Shown piece by piece: positions 1 to 8,867 of a stretch of DNA of 64,000 bases (position 1 is the stretch's first letter; every line of letters starts with the position of its first letter). Location of the stretch: NCBI GenBank assembly GCA_902826865.1, contig CADEGN010000004.1:830-64829 (forward strand), in the 5' to 3' direction. The translations under genes were made by a program, and so were the position numbers. This DNA is from an uncultured Myxococcales bacterium. GTDB lineage: Bacteria > Myxococcota_A > Polyangia > Nannocystales > Nannocystaceae. The notes beneath the pieces were generated by a model that made no database searches, had not been told where the DNA came from, and worked only from the letters and a program-made list of their open reading frames with translations.

Positions 1-1
1 G

Positions 2-271
2 GCGGAGCTGGATGCGGACGTGCTCGGCATTGACTGGTCCATCGAGCTCGATCGCGCGATCGATGTGGTTGGGCGGGATCGGATCGTGCAGGGGAACCTC
101 GATCCGATGGCACTGTTCGCCACGCCGGAGGTGATCAGCGCCAAGGCACGTGCAATCGTCGAGGCTGGGCGACTGGCTCGCGGACACATCTTCAACCTCG
201 GCCACGGCATTTCCCGCCACACCGACCCCGGCATGGTGGCTCACCTCGTCGAGGCTGTGCACTCGGCATGA
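2..271 (+). CDS. hemE: Uroporphyrinogen decarboxylase, C-terminal part (5' end lies outside the window)
   Basis: The frame is open to the window edge. The stretch ...DWSIELDRAIDVVG..VQGNLDPMALFATPEVI..GHIFNLGHGI... is the conserved C-terminal block of URO-D/HemE. The TGA at 269-271 overlaps the next ATG (ATGA). Confidence 0.85.
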   Translation, partial: AELDADVLGIDWSIELDRAIDVVGRDRIVQGNLDPMALFATPEVISAKARAIVEAGRLARGHIFNLGHGISRHTDPGMVAHLVEAVHSA

Positions 272-804
272 ACCCGCGTGGCGTCGCGTTGCCCATGGTT
301 GTCGGGCTCGTGGGTGGGCTCGTCGGCGCGTGCCGTCCGGCCGGTACCACAGCAACGCTCCCTGCGTCGGCGACGCCGTCGGGTCCACTGCCCCCGAGCC
401 GCGCAGTCACCGGTGAAACGCTCGATGTGGTCGTTCCTCTCCTGCACGGCGGGAGCGTGACGACGACCGCCCTGCGCGGCAAGGTGGTGGTGCTCGAGCT
501 GGTCGACGCGGAGCACGTCGATGCGGCCGGCTATGTCGACTACCAGCGGTTGCAAGACGAGCGGCCCGACGACGTTGCGGTGCTCCTGGTCTCGCTCGAT
601 CCCGAGGGTTGGACCGATACGACGCTACCGTTCGTTCTCGGGTGGGATCCGCAGGGCGCTCTGGCGACGCGCTTGCGCGCCGCCCGGCTGCCGACGGTCA
701 TCGTCTTGGATCGCGACGGTCGCGTCGTCCATCAATACGGGGGGGAGCGTGCGCGATCGCAGGAGCACGCCCTCGCAGCCGCCCGCGCGCAGTTCGGCGG
801 CTAG
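268..804 (+). CDS. Thioredoxin-fold (TlpA/redoxin-like) lipoprotein lacking a CxxC active site
   Basis: 178-aa ORF with a lipobox-like N-terminus (LVGGLVGAC). The layout GKVVVLELV...LPTVIVLDRDGRVV resembles TlpA/redoxin proteins, but no CxxC is present. It is ATGA-coupled to hemE. Confidence 0.55.
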   Translation: MNPRGVALPMVVGLVGGLVGACRPAGTTATLPASATPSGPLPPSRAVTGETLDVVVPLLHGGSVTTTALRGKVVVLELVDAEHVDAAGYVDYQRLQDERPDDVAVLLVSLDPEGWTDTTLPFVLGWDPQGALATRLRAARLPTVIVLDRDGRVVHQYGGERARSQEHALAAARAQFGG

Positions 805-883
805 TGCCCGGTATCGGAAGTTCGTGCCGGGTTATGCACGGCTCGAACTTCCGACACCGGGCACTAGCCAACCACCCCGCGAC

Positions 884-1903
884 TCACGGACGGATCGCCT
901 CGAGGTGCTCCGCGATCATCTCCCAATCGGGCCGCAACCCCACGGCGATGTCGAGGTGTTCGATCGCCAGGTCGAGGTCGCCCTCGCGTCCGCGCATCTG
1001 GTACGACAACCCGAGATCCACGTGGGCCTCGGCCAGGTTCGGATTGTGCTTGACCACGAACCGCAGCACGCTGATCGCTTCGTTGTACTGCTTGGCCTCA
1101 AAGAAGGCGCTGGCGAACGAGCGCAAGAGGTCGGTGTCGAACACCCCGGCCTCGAGCAACGTGGCGAGTGTGGCCCGGGCCGCATCGTACTGGCCCCGGA
1201 CGAGCTGCCCGCGTGTTCGATCGAGTGCCGCTTGATTCGGTCGCGCCAGCCGGGCGCTCTGCTCGCTAAGTTCGGCGTGGCAGTACTCGCACGGCCCGTT
1301 GGGCGCCGAGTCGAGAGAGGCCGCCGTGGGGTCCTGTCGCATCACGCAATCGTGGGCGTCGTGGTGATGCAGTCCGAATGCGTGTCCAACCTCGTGCAGG
1401 ACGAGCTTGTTGAGCCTGCGGTCTCGCCGTGCCGATCCGTCGTTGTCGATCCGCGACAGCGACACCATCGCGATACGATCGGTCAGACTCGCGAGTCCGA
1501 AGACGTACGGCTTGTCGACCTCGTACATGTCGACGCCGGTGACGACCAGCTCCGCGACCGCATCGAGCTCCCGATCTGCGAAAAGCAGTTCGAGTGCCGC
1601 GCGTGCGTCGAGTTGGCCGCGGTCGAGGTTCCACGCACTCCAGGCGCTGAAGAGATCGCGACCTGTGCGGATCTCGCAACGCACTGGATACGTTCGCAGG
1701 AGGATCCGACACGCGGCCCGCAGGCGTTCGGCCGGTACGGGTCCAAGCGATCGCACCACCACCAACGGGCGGGGGACGTCGGGCCTGCTTGCCGCGGAGC
1801 GGGGCGTCCCCTCTTCGGAACGCACCCGCGCCTGCGCGGCCGGCTCGGCGGCGGCGGACAAGGCGAGCCAGAGCCCGCAAAGGAATGTGGTGACGCGTCG
1901 CAT
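884..1903 (-). CDS. Archaemetzincin-like (peptidase M54) zinc protease with signal peptide and C-terminal TPR region
   Basis: HEVGHAFGLHHHDAHDCVM-x16-CEYC fits the archaemetzincin signature HExxHxxGx3Cx4CxM-x17-CxxC, with the first Cys replaced by His. The last ~130 aa are TPR-like. The internal ATG at 1903 gives the signal peptide MRRVTTFLCGLWLALSAAA; the ORF in the track extends to 2017. Confidence 0.8.
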   Translation of the reverse strand: MRRVTTFLCGLWLALSAAAEPAAQARVRSEEGTPRSAASRPDVPRPLVVVRSLGPVPAERLRAACRILLRTYPVRCEIRTGRDLFSAWSAWNLDRGQLDARAALELLFADRELDAVAELVVTGVDMYEVDKPYVFGLASLTDRIAMVSLSRIDNDGSARRDRRLNKLVLHEVGHAFGLHHHDAHDCVMRQDPTAASLDSAPNGPCEYCHAELSEQSARLARPNQAALDRTRGQLVRGQYDAARATLATLLEAGVFDTDLLRSFASAFFEAKQYNEAISVLRFVVKHNPNLAEAHVDLGLSYQMRGREGDLDLAIEHLDIAVGLRPDWEMIAEHLEAIRP

Positions 1904-2023
1904 GGAAACCAAAACTGGCCGGTATCGGCCAGGCAGTGGCGGCAGGGGGCCGGATCCAGGGTGGCACTGTCGCGTTCCGGTACCAAGTGTCATTTGTCCG
2001 GCGGTGCGGTGGCGCACGCCGAG

Positions 2024-3064
2024 ATGTGGGAGCTACACATCGGTCGAACGACGCAACTCTCTGTCCTTTCGCCATGCTCGCACCCAGTGAGCAGTCCACC
2101 GCCCCGCGCGCCTGCGCCGCCCCCGAGCTTCGGAGGCGCCGATCCTGGCCGCTCCGGCGGGGGTCGCTTCGAGACATGGACCGTCGGGGAGCTCCTGCGC
2201 TGGACGCACGAGAAGCTCACGCGCTCGGGGATCGGTAACGCGCGTGTGGACGCCGAACATCTGCTGGCCTTCGCGCTCGGCTGCACACGGATGCAGCTCT
2301 ACGTCGAGCATGATCGGCCGGTGGAGGACGAGCCGCGGGCGCGGTTTCGGGGGTATGTCCGGCGCAGGCTCGCGCGGGAGCCCGTGGCGTACATCGAAGG
2401 GCGTCGGGGTTTCCACGCCCTCGGGCTCGAGCTCGAGGTCGACCGACGGGTGCTCGTCCCGCGGCCGGAGACCGAACACCTCGTGGATTGGGTGCTCGAG
2501 GACCTCCGCGGTGTGACGGCGCCGCGAGTGCTGGACGTCGGTACCGGTTCCGGCGCGATCGCGCTGGCGCTGCGGCATGGGCGTGAGGACGCCGCGTTGA
2601 TGGCGGTGGACATCTCCGAGGACGCACTCGCCGTGGCCCGAGCCAACGCCACTCGCCTCCTTGCGGACCTGGTTTTCGTCCGATCCGATCTACTCCTAGG
2701 CGTCGACATTCCGACCGGCGGTTTCCATGCGGTGGTGGCCAACCTTCCGTATATTTGCAGCGGCGAGCTTGCGACGCTTGAGCCCGAAGTTGCGGCATTC
2801 GAGCCGCGCATCGCACTCGACGGCGGTGACGACGGCCTGCGGGTGATCGCGCGGCTGATCGATCAGCTGCGCGAGCGCGACGCGGTGGCACCGGGTGGCG
2901 CGGTCTTTCTCGAGGTCGGCGCTGGCCAGGCGAGCACCGTGGGCGCCTGGCTCGGAGAACTTGGTTGGGACGTGGATGTGCGCGTCGACTACGCCCGAAT
3001 CCCACGGGTCGTGCGGGGACGCCGACCTGGGCCGAGCGTTGAGGGCCCGCAAGCGCCGCTATAG
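2024..3064 (+). CDS. prmC: Release factor N5-glutamine methyltransferase
   Basis: Only the last ~300 codons of ORF 521..3064 look real: REPVAYIEGRRGFHALGLELEVDRRVLVPRPETE, the SAM motif VLDVGTGSGAIALAL, and the catalytic tetrapeptide NLPY (normally NPPY). The start is uncertain; 2024 is the first in-frame ATG clear of the divergent upstream gene. Confidence 0.8.
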   Translation: MWELHIGRTTQLSVLSPCSHPVSSPPPRAPAPPPSFGGADPGRSGGGRFETWTVGELLRWTHEKLTRSGIGNARVDAEHLLAFALGCTRMQLYVEHDRPVEDEPRARFRGYVRRRLAREPVAYIEGRRGFHALGLELEVDRRVLVPRPETEHLVDWVLEDLRGVTAPRVLDVGTGSGAIALALRHGREDAALMAVDISEDALAVARANATRLLADLVFVRSDLLLGVDIPTGGFHAVVANLPYICSGELATLEPEVAAFEPRIALDGGDDGLRVIARLIDQLRERDAVAPGGAVFLEVGAGQASTVGAWLGELGWDVDVRVDYARIPRVVRGRRPGPSVEGPQAPL

Positions 3065-3146
3065 CGTGCATCCGCCGAAAACTGGCGGTGAACTGCGGCC
3101 GCACCCTACGGTGCTGCCCGTGCGGCCGGTGAACGTAAATCTGGCG

Positions 3147-3713
3147 ATGTTTCCGTCCATCGGAGCGGCGCTTCTCGGCGCGTGCATGAGCGGCGACGGG
3201 ATGCAGGAGAAGCTGCGCGACGCGAGCGCAGCGTACAATCAGGCCCTACGCTGGCGTGACATCGATCGCGCGGCCGAGTACCTGCCCGCCGACGCCCAGC
3301 AACGGTTCCTCGCCGACCATGAGGATGTCGGGGAGAAGCTCGTGGTCGTCGATCACGACGTGACGCGCCTCGACCTCGACAAACGCACCGGCGTCGCTGC
3401 TTCGCGCGTGGTGATCTGGTGGCATCTGGACGACAGCACGGTGGTCGAAAACACCACGATCGATCAGCTGTGGCAGTGGAACGACGGCAAGTTCATTCTC
3501 GTCGACGAGCGGCGCGCGAGCGGGACACCGCTCGGCCTGTTCGCCGAGGTCGCGGAAAAAGCACACCCCTATTTGCCGGGGCTGGCCGCGTATCGCAAAC
3601 ATCACCACATCGGCGAGGCCAACAAGAAGGGGCGCCAAGTCGGGCGCAAGCCTCCGCCGCCGGAGCCGATCGCGCCGTGGGCAAAGCGCGATGTGGTCCG
3701 CACGGGCGAGTGA
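3147..3713 (+). CDS. Hypothetical lipoprotein
   Basis: The ATG at 3147 gives MFPSIGAALLGAC (lipobox). Third-position GC bias is strong. The upstream part of ORF 2895..3713 overlaps prmC and is discounted. No domain recognised. Confidence 0.55.
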   Translation: MFPSIGAALLGACMSGDGMQEKLRDASAAYNQALRWRDIDRAAEYLPADAQQRFLADHEDVGEKLVVVDHDVTRLDLDKRTGVAASRVVIWWHLDDSTVVENTTIDQLWQWNDGKFILVDERRASGTPLGLFAEVAEKAHPYLPGLAAYRKHHHIGEANKKGRQVGRKPPPPEPIAPWAKRDVVRTGE

Positions 3714-3860
3714 GGGTGGCGGTCGCCCCCGCCGGAAACCCCGGAACGGCGCCGGGTCGGTTCGCGCGCTCACCGGTCGGGCGCGCGATCGAGCGCAATC
3801 GCCGCGAGGCCCACACAACCTTCGCCGTCCCCACGACTGAGATCGTAAAGTCGACGTTCG

Positions 3861-6347
3861 ATGGGTGAGACCCGCGGCCGACCAGACCGTTCGACATCGC
3901 GGGGGCTACGGCTCGCCACTGGCAGTGGCAACTTGATCAAGGACATCCGACGCGAGCGTCGGCGGCATGTGATCAAGCGGGTCATGCAGCTGGTGGTGGT
4001 CGCGGTGGCGGTCGTCGCGGCCGGGATCGGGTTCAAGATCTACGCCGATCGTCATGCGGTTCGCCAAGCGCTGCAGTCGGCGCGCGAGCACGCCAAGGTC
4101 GGTGCGGCGCCGGAGCTCCGTCTCGGTGCCGAGCTGCTCGATGCCAGCCTGCAACGCGAGGCCGGCGATCGTGACAGCCTAGCCGAACGCGCGATGTTGC
4201 GAGCGCACCTGTGGGTCGAGTTCGCCGAAGGCGAGGAAGCAGCGCGAGCGGCCGTCGCCGCCGCAGGCGACGATCATCCGGCCGCGCGTTTGGCTGCCGC
4301 CGAGATCGCCTTTGGTGACGGCGATCCGGCGCAGGCCCGTGAACAACTCGATGGGTCGAACGCCATCGCCAGCGACGACGTGTCCGTCCGCGCCGAGGCG
4401 GCCTGGCTCGGCGGTCTCGTCGAGCTCGCCCTCGCCCCCGACGACGATGAGCGCTTGCGCGGCGCGCTTAGCAACATCGACGCGACGCTGGCGACATTGC
4501 CGGCAAATGCTCCGTTACGGCGCGTGCGGGCACGGCTCCTCCTCCAACTTCGCCTTCCCGACGAGGCTCTCGCCGAGCTTGCTCGGGCCCGGGAACTCGC
4601 GCGTTCGCACCTCGGCTTGGCCGCGGATGAGGCGCTGTTCAATGCCGTCCTCGGCCGCGAGCCGACCGGCGTGGCGAGCGTGGCGGATCAGTTGCTCGAG
4701 CAGCCTGAGGCGTTACCAGCCCGCGACCGCTACAACACGCTGCTGGCCCGTGCGGTCGTTCACGTGCACGCCGGCGAGTTCGAACAGGGCGTGAGTCGTC
4801 TACAGGAGGCCTGGGACGGGCTGCCGAAATGGGACCGCATGGCCGTGCGCCTTGCCATCGAGACCGCGCTCGAGGCCGCCGACGCGGATCTGGCGACCAA
4901 GTGGCTTGCCGATGCCGATCTGCCGGAGGTAGAGAAATCCATCGGTCGCGCGTGGGCGACGTTGACTCGAGGTGAGCTCGTCGACTCGCTTACGGCCCTC
5001 GCCGGCCTTCCGCAGGAGCACCCCCGTGTCGGTTACCTGCAGGCGCTTGCCTTGGTCGAGCAAGGGCGTTGGCGAGAGGCTGAACCGTGGATCCGTCGCA
5101 CGGAAGAACTCATGCCGGGACGCATCGAAATCGAGGTTGCGCGCGCACGCGCCGAGATTCACCTCGGCGACAAGGCCACGGCCCTGCGCAAGCTCGAATC
5201 GATCTCGGAGGAGGAACCGTGGGCACCGCGTGCGTGGACCGGGCTAGGCGAGGCCTATCTGGCCCAGTCGGAGCCAGACCTACGCAAGGCCAAGGTGGCG
5301 CTCCAGCGCGCGATCGATCGCGAACCGGTCCCGGCTGAGGCGATGTTGTTGCTCGCCGACGTTTGGAATCGCGGGCGCGCGAGCGAACCCGAGGGCGTCG
5401 CCAAGGCGCAGGCGCTGCTTGAACAAGCGGCCAAGACCTGCCCGAGTTCGGTCCGCTATCGCGAACAGCTCGCGTACTTCCTGGCGGACGCTTCGCGGAC
5501 CAGTCGCGCGCGCAAGCTCCTGTCCGAGCTCGTGGAAGAGAAGGGCATCGCCGCCCAAACCGTGGTGCTCTACGTTCGCCTCGGTGCCGACGCTGGCGAC
5601 CGGCGGATCGACTACGAAAAGCTGCTGGCCAAGGCCGCCCAGCTCGGCGCTGAACCCACGACCATCGAGCGGGAGCGGGCCCGTGTCGCGTTGGCCACCG
5701 ATGATCGCGCAAAGGCCGAGGAGGCACGGGCGATCGCTGCCGGCCTGGTTCAGCGGGATCCGAGCGACGTCGAGTCGCGCTTGTTGCTCTCGGAAGCCTA
5801 TGTCCGCCTCTTCGATCGCAAGGAAGCCGAGCTCGCGGCGCGGCGGGGATTCAGCCACGTGCCTGAGTCGAAGCATGGGCGACTGTATTTGGCCTGGGCC
5901 GCGGCGGAGTCCCGGCTGGGCAAGCCCAAGCTTGCGGCCCCGCGCGCGCGTTCGGCCTGGCAGCGGATGCTCGACGAGGACCGGCCGGCGGCGGAGCTGC
6001 TTCCCGCGGCCGATCTTGCGACCAAACTGTGGATCCGTGCCGAGCAAGAGCGCATCGCCCTGAGCATCGCCGAGCAGCTCACGCGCCGGTTGCCCGAGCA
6101 TGCCGAGGGTTGGACCATCCGCGCGCGCACCGAGCTCGCTGCGGCCGAGACGTTCGCGGCGAGGGCAAGCGTCGATCGGGCGATCGCGCTCGACCCGGAT
6201 AGCCCGCGCGCGCACGAGATCCGCGGCCACTGCTTCCTTCGCTTCGGGCAAAAGGACAAGGCCCGGCAGGCGTACGAACGCGCGGTCGAGCTCGCGGACG
6301 GGACGCGAATGGAGAAGGAGTATCGCGAGAACCTCCACCGCCTGTGA
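3861..6347 (+). CDS. TPR-repeat protein with N-terminal membrane anchor
   Basis: 828-aa ORF with a hydrophobic helix (VMQLVVVAVAVVAAGIGFKIY), followed by Ala/Leu/Arg/Glu-rich helical repeats with TPR spacing (e.g. AHEIRGHCFLRFGQKDKARQAYERAVEL). The start could be 3861 or 3984. Confidence 0.65.
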   Translation: MGETRGRPDRSTSRGLRLATGSGNLIKDIRRERRRHVIKRVMQLVVVAVAVVAAGIGFKIYADRHAVRQALQSAREHAKVGAAPELRLGAELLDASLQREAGDRDSLAERAMLRAHLWVEFAEGEEAARAAVAAAGDDHPAARLAAAEIAFGDGDPAQAREQLDGSNAIASDDVSVRAEAAWLGGLVELALAPDDDERLRGALSNIDATLATLPANAPLRRVRARLLLQLRLPDEALAELARARELARSHLGLAADEALFNAVLGREPTGVASVADQLLEQPEALPARDRYNTLLARAVVHVHAGEFEQGVSRLQEAWDGLPKWDRMAVRLAIETALEAADADLATKWLADADLPEVEKSIGRAWATLTRGELVDSLTALAGLPQEHPRVGYLQALALVEQGRWREAEPWIRRTEELMPGRIEIEVARARAEIHLGDKATALRKLESISEEEPWAPRAWTGLGEAYLAQSEPDLRKAKVALQRAIDREPVPAEAMLLLADVWNRGRASEPEGVAKAQALLEQAAKTCPSSVRYREQLAYFLADASRTSRARKLLSELVEEKGIAAQTVVLYVRLGADAGDRRIDYEKLLAKAAQLGAEPTTIERERARVALATDDRAKAEEARAIAAGLVQRDPSDVESRLLLSEAYVRLFDRKEAELAARRGFSHVPESKHGRLYLAWAAAESRLGKPKLAAPRARSAWQRMLDEDRPAAELLPAADLATKLWIRAEQERIALSIAEQLTRRLPEHAEGWTIRARTELAAAETFAARASVDRAIALDPDSPRAHEIRGHCFLRFGQKDKARQAYERAVELADGTRMEKEYRENLHRL

Positions 6348-6393
6348 GCCGTGTCGCACGCGGCTCCGGTCGCAAGCACGTACGATAACGCCA

Positions 6394-7233
6394 ATGATCC
6401 TCGTCAGCGGTACCAAGCGCAGCGGCACGAGCATGTGGATGCAGGTCCTGGCGGCGGCGGGCCTGCCGGTGCTCGGCAAACAGTTTCCGCGCAACTGGGA
6501 GACCGTGCTCAAGGATGCCAACCCCGATGGGTTCTACGAGTCGGTGCTACGGCACGGGATCTACTACCGGACGAACCCGCACCCGACGACCGGGAAGTAC
6601 TTTCTTCCCGAGCACGTGGTCGGCTACGCCGTGAAGGTGTTCGTCCCGGGGGTGGTGCGGAGCGAACGCTCCTACATAGAGAAGTTGGTGGCGAACGTCC
6701 GCGAGTGGCGCGAATACGAGGCGTCGATCAACCGGTTGTACGCCATCGAGAACGAGCGCAATGCCGAACGGATGCCCGACTTCCGGCCGCCCTTGGTGTT
6801 TCCGCCGGCGTATGAGTGGTGGATGGAGAACTTTGCGCTCGTTCGCGATATTAGCTTGCGCCGCTATCCGGCGCGTCTACAGACGTACGACGAGGTCCTC
6901 ACGGATCCCGCGGGCACGATCACCAAGACGATCGAGTGGATCGGCACGGGCGACGTCGAGGCGGCGATCGCTGCCGTGAAGCCGAGCAATCGCACCCAAC
7001 ACCGGCCGGAGTCGGATTCGGTCGAGCCGCGCCTCGCCAAGGTGTTCGACGATCTCTACGGCGCAGTCGCCAACCACACCGGCTTTTCAGGGGCCCTGCT
7101 CGCCACGCTGAATGCGACCAACAAGGAGCTCTTGCCCAAGCTCATGGAGCTGCAGACCGCGGTCGCGCAGGATCAAATGTCGCGCCCTCGATCGATGAAG
7201 CCCGAAGACGTTGCAGGCTTGCCTGAGTTTTAG
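6394..7233 (+). CDS. Sulfotransferase-family protein
   Basis: The ATG at 6394 gives MILVSGTKRSGTSMWMQVL. This places a PAPS 5'-phosphosulfate-binding loop at the extreme N-terminus, as in sulfotransferases. The upstream part of ORF 6100..7233 overlaps the TPR gene. Confidence 0.6.
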   Translation: MILVSGTKRSGTSMWMQVLAAAGLPVLGKQFPRNWETVLKDANPDGFYESVLRHGIYYRTNPHPTTGKYFLPEHVVGYAVKVFVPGVVRSERSYIEKLVANVREWREYEASINRLYAIENERNAERMPDFRPPLVFPPAYEWWMENFALVRDISLRRYPARLQTYDEVLTDPAGTITKTIEWIGTGDVEAAIAAVKPSNRTQHRPESDSVEPRLAKVFDDLYGAVANHTGFSGALLATLNATNKELLPKLMELQTAVAQDQMSRPRSMKPEDVAGLPEF

Positions 7234-7565
7234 ACGCCGGTCGGCGGACGCGAGCACCCTCGGTGCTCGAAATCGGGCGCCGCGTTTCCGCGGGGCCGCC
7301 CGCTCATTACCTCCTCGGTATCGGACAAGGGGGTAGCCCTGGGCACACTCGGACCCCCGGTGGTCCCCGCTTCGGCCCATGATTCCCGCCTCACGATCGT
7401 CTGTTCGCCCCTTTGCATGGTGGGCCGTGCGAACCGACTGAAGAATCGCGTTGACGCACCGTCAGGCCGACGGATAGCGTTCCCGCCGTTTCTCCGCGCA
7501 GCGGCGGCGTCTTCCGGCACGGTGCCGGGGCGTCAACTTTGGGAGAAGCAGAACTAGGACTGAGG

Positions 7566-8237
7566 ATGAACTTCGATCGCAACTCCAACATCGCCTTCTT
7601 CCTTTCCTTTGGCGCTCTGTCCGTCGCATGCCCTTCAACCACCGAAGAGGATGGCACAGGCGGCCAGGAATCCACGGGTGGCAACGGCCAGACGTCCGGG
7701 AACGACGACAACAACTCGACGCCGACATCGGCCGACGAAACGACGGACACACCGACGACGGATACACCGACGACGGACGCACCGACGACCGATGCGCCGA
7801 CGACGGACGCACCGACGACCGATGCGCCGACGACCGACGCGCCGACGACCGACGCGCCGACGACCGGTACCGACGCTGGCGACTCCACGACGATCGGCGA
7901 CGAAACGGGGTCGACGACGGAGGTCGGCGGCACCACCACGACCGGCATCGGAACCACGTTCGGCACCACGACCTCGGCTGGGACGACCGGCGGCGGGATG
8001 GTCAGCCAGCTGTGCGCCGACTATGGCGAGTTGATCGGCATGTGCTTCATGGAGGACCCGGACGAGGCCGCCGGCGTCTGCGAATACTACCAAGCGCTCT
8101 TCGAGGAGATCTCACCGGAGTGCGGCGATGCCGGCGAAGACTTTTTTGGTTGCATCAACTCGCTTGAGTGCGGGGAGCTCGTGGATGGTGCATGCCCTGA
8201 CGAAGGCATGGCGCTCCAAGCGATCTGTGGTTTTTGA
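7566..8237 (+). CDS. Secreted lipoprotein with (TTDxP)n linker and Cys-rich C-terminal domain
   Basis: The ATG at 7566 gives MNFDRNSNIAFFLSFGALSVAC (lipobox). A Thr/Pro/Asp linker follows, then an 8-Cys C-terminal module (QLCADYGELIGMCF...VCEYYQALFEEISPECG...FGCINSLECGELVDGACPDEGMALQAICGF). Confidence 0.65.
   Translation: MNFDRNSNIAFFLSFGALSVACPSTTEEDGTGGQESTGGNGQTSGNDDNNSTPTSADETTDTPTTDTPTTDAPTTDAPTTDAPTTDAPTTDAPTTDAPTTGTDAGDSTTIGDETGSTTEVGGTTTTGIGTTFGTTTSAGTTGGGMVSQLCADYGELIGMCFMEDPDEAAGVCEYYQALFEEISPECGDAGEDFFGCINSLECGELVDGACPDEGMALQAICGF
7740..7865 (+). repeat. 15-bp tandem repeat, about 8 units, encoding TTD(T/A)P
   Basis: The unit ccgacgacSgaYgcR is repeated head to tail inside the lipoprotein gene (TTDTPTTDTPTTDAPTTDAP...). 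Confidence 0.85.
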
Positions 8238-8252
8238 AGTCGTCGAGGTAGA

Positions 8253-8276
8253 GGTGTGCCGCGCGAGCGGCACACC
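8253..8276 (+). terminator. Perfect 10-bp stem hairpin 16 nt after the stop (terminator-like, no T tract)
   Basis: ggtgtgccgc-gcga-gcggcacacc. A degenerate copy follows the downstream pseudogene copy at about 8793-8820. Confidence 0.4.
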
Positions 8277-8310
8277 GTGTGCCTCGGCGCCGTTGCACCT
8301 CTAGGCGACC

Positions 8311-8776
8311 AACAACTCGACGCCGACATCCGCCGACGAGACGACCGACACGCCGACGACGGACGCAACCACGACCGATGCGCCCACGACCGATGCGCCC
8401 ACGACCGGCACCGACGCTGGCGACGGCACGACGATCGCCGACGGTACGGGGTCGACGCCGGAGGTCGGAGGCACCACCACGACCGGTAGGGGAACCACGA
8501 CCTCGGCTGGGACGACCGGCGGGATGGTCAGCCAGTTGTGCGCCGACTATGGCGAGTTGATCGCTATGTGCTTCATGGCGGCCGATCGAGGCCGCCGCCG
8601 ACTGCGAAACCTTCCTAGCGTACTACCACCGCGTCTCGCCGGAGTGCGGCGCTGCCGGCGAAGACCTGTATGGGCGCATCAACTCGCTTGAATGCGCGGA
8701 GCTCATGGCTTCGCAAGGCCTTTCGGATATATGCCCCGACGCAGCCATGGCAATCGAAGCGGCCTGCGGTGCCTGA
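8311..8776 (+). pseudogene. Truncated, frameshifted tandem copy of the 3' two-thirds of the 7566..8237 lipoprotein gene
   Basis: Nucleotide similarity restarts at caacaactcgacgcc (compare 7711). The TTD frame is preceded by an in-frame TAG and has no start or signal peptide. The frame breaks between ...MVSQLCADYGELIAMCFMA and ...IEAAADCETFLAYYHRVSPECGAAGEDLYGRINSLECAELMASQGLSDICPDAAMAIEAACGA*. Confidence 0.7.
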
Positions 8777-8867
8777 AGTCGTCGAGGTAGCGGTGTGCCG
8801 TGCGCGGTGCCGTGTGTCTCGGCGCCGCCCCAGATCTAAGCAACACCCGGGCGTGCCCGAAGAACGT

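Noticed and set aside
521-3064. 847-aa ORF suggesting a giant protein spanning 0.5-3.1 kb
   Set aside because: The first ~500 codons are Arg/Pro/Ser-rich antisense of the 268..804 and 884..1903 genes and carry no motifs. Only the last ~300 codons (PrmC) look real. Long stop-free frames are expected at about 70% GC.
7740-7865. Short tandem repeats as a possible CRISPR array (also 39258-39338 and 24419-24484)
   Set aside because: The units are 12-33 bp, directly abutting with no spacers. They lie in coding or 5' regions and are in-frame peptide repeats. No cas genes are present.
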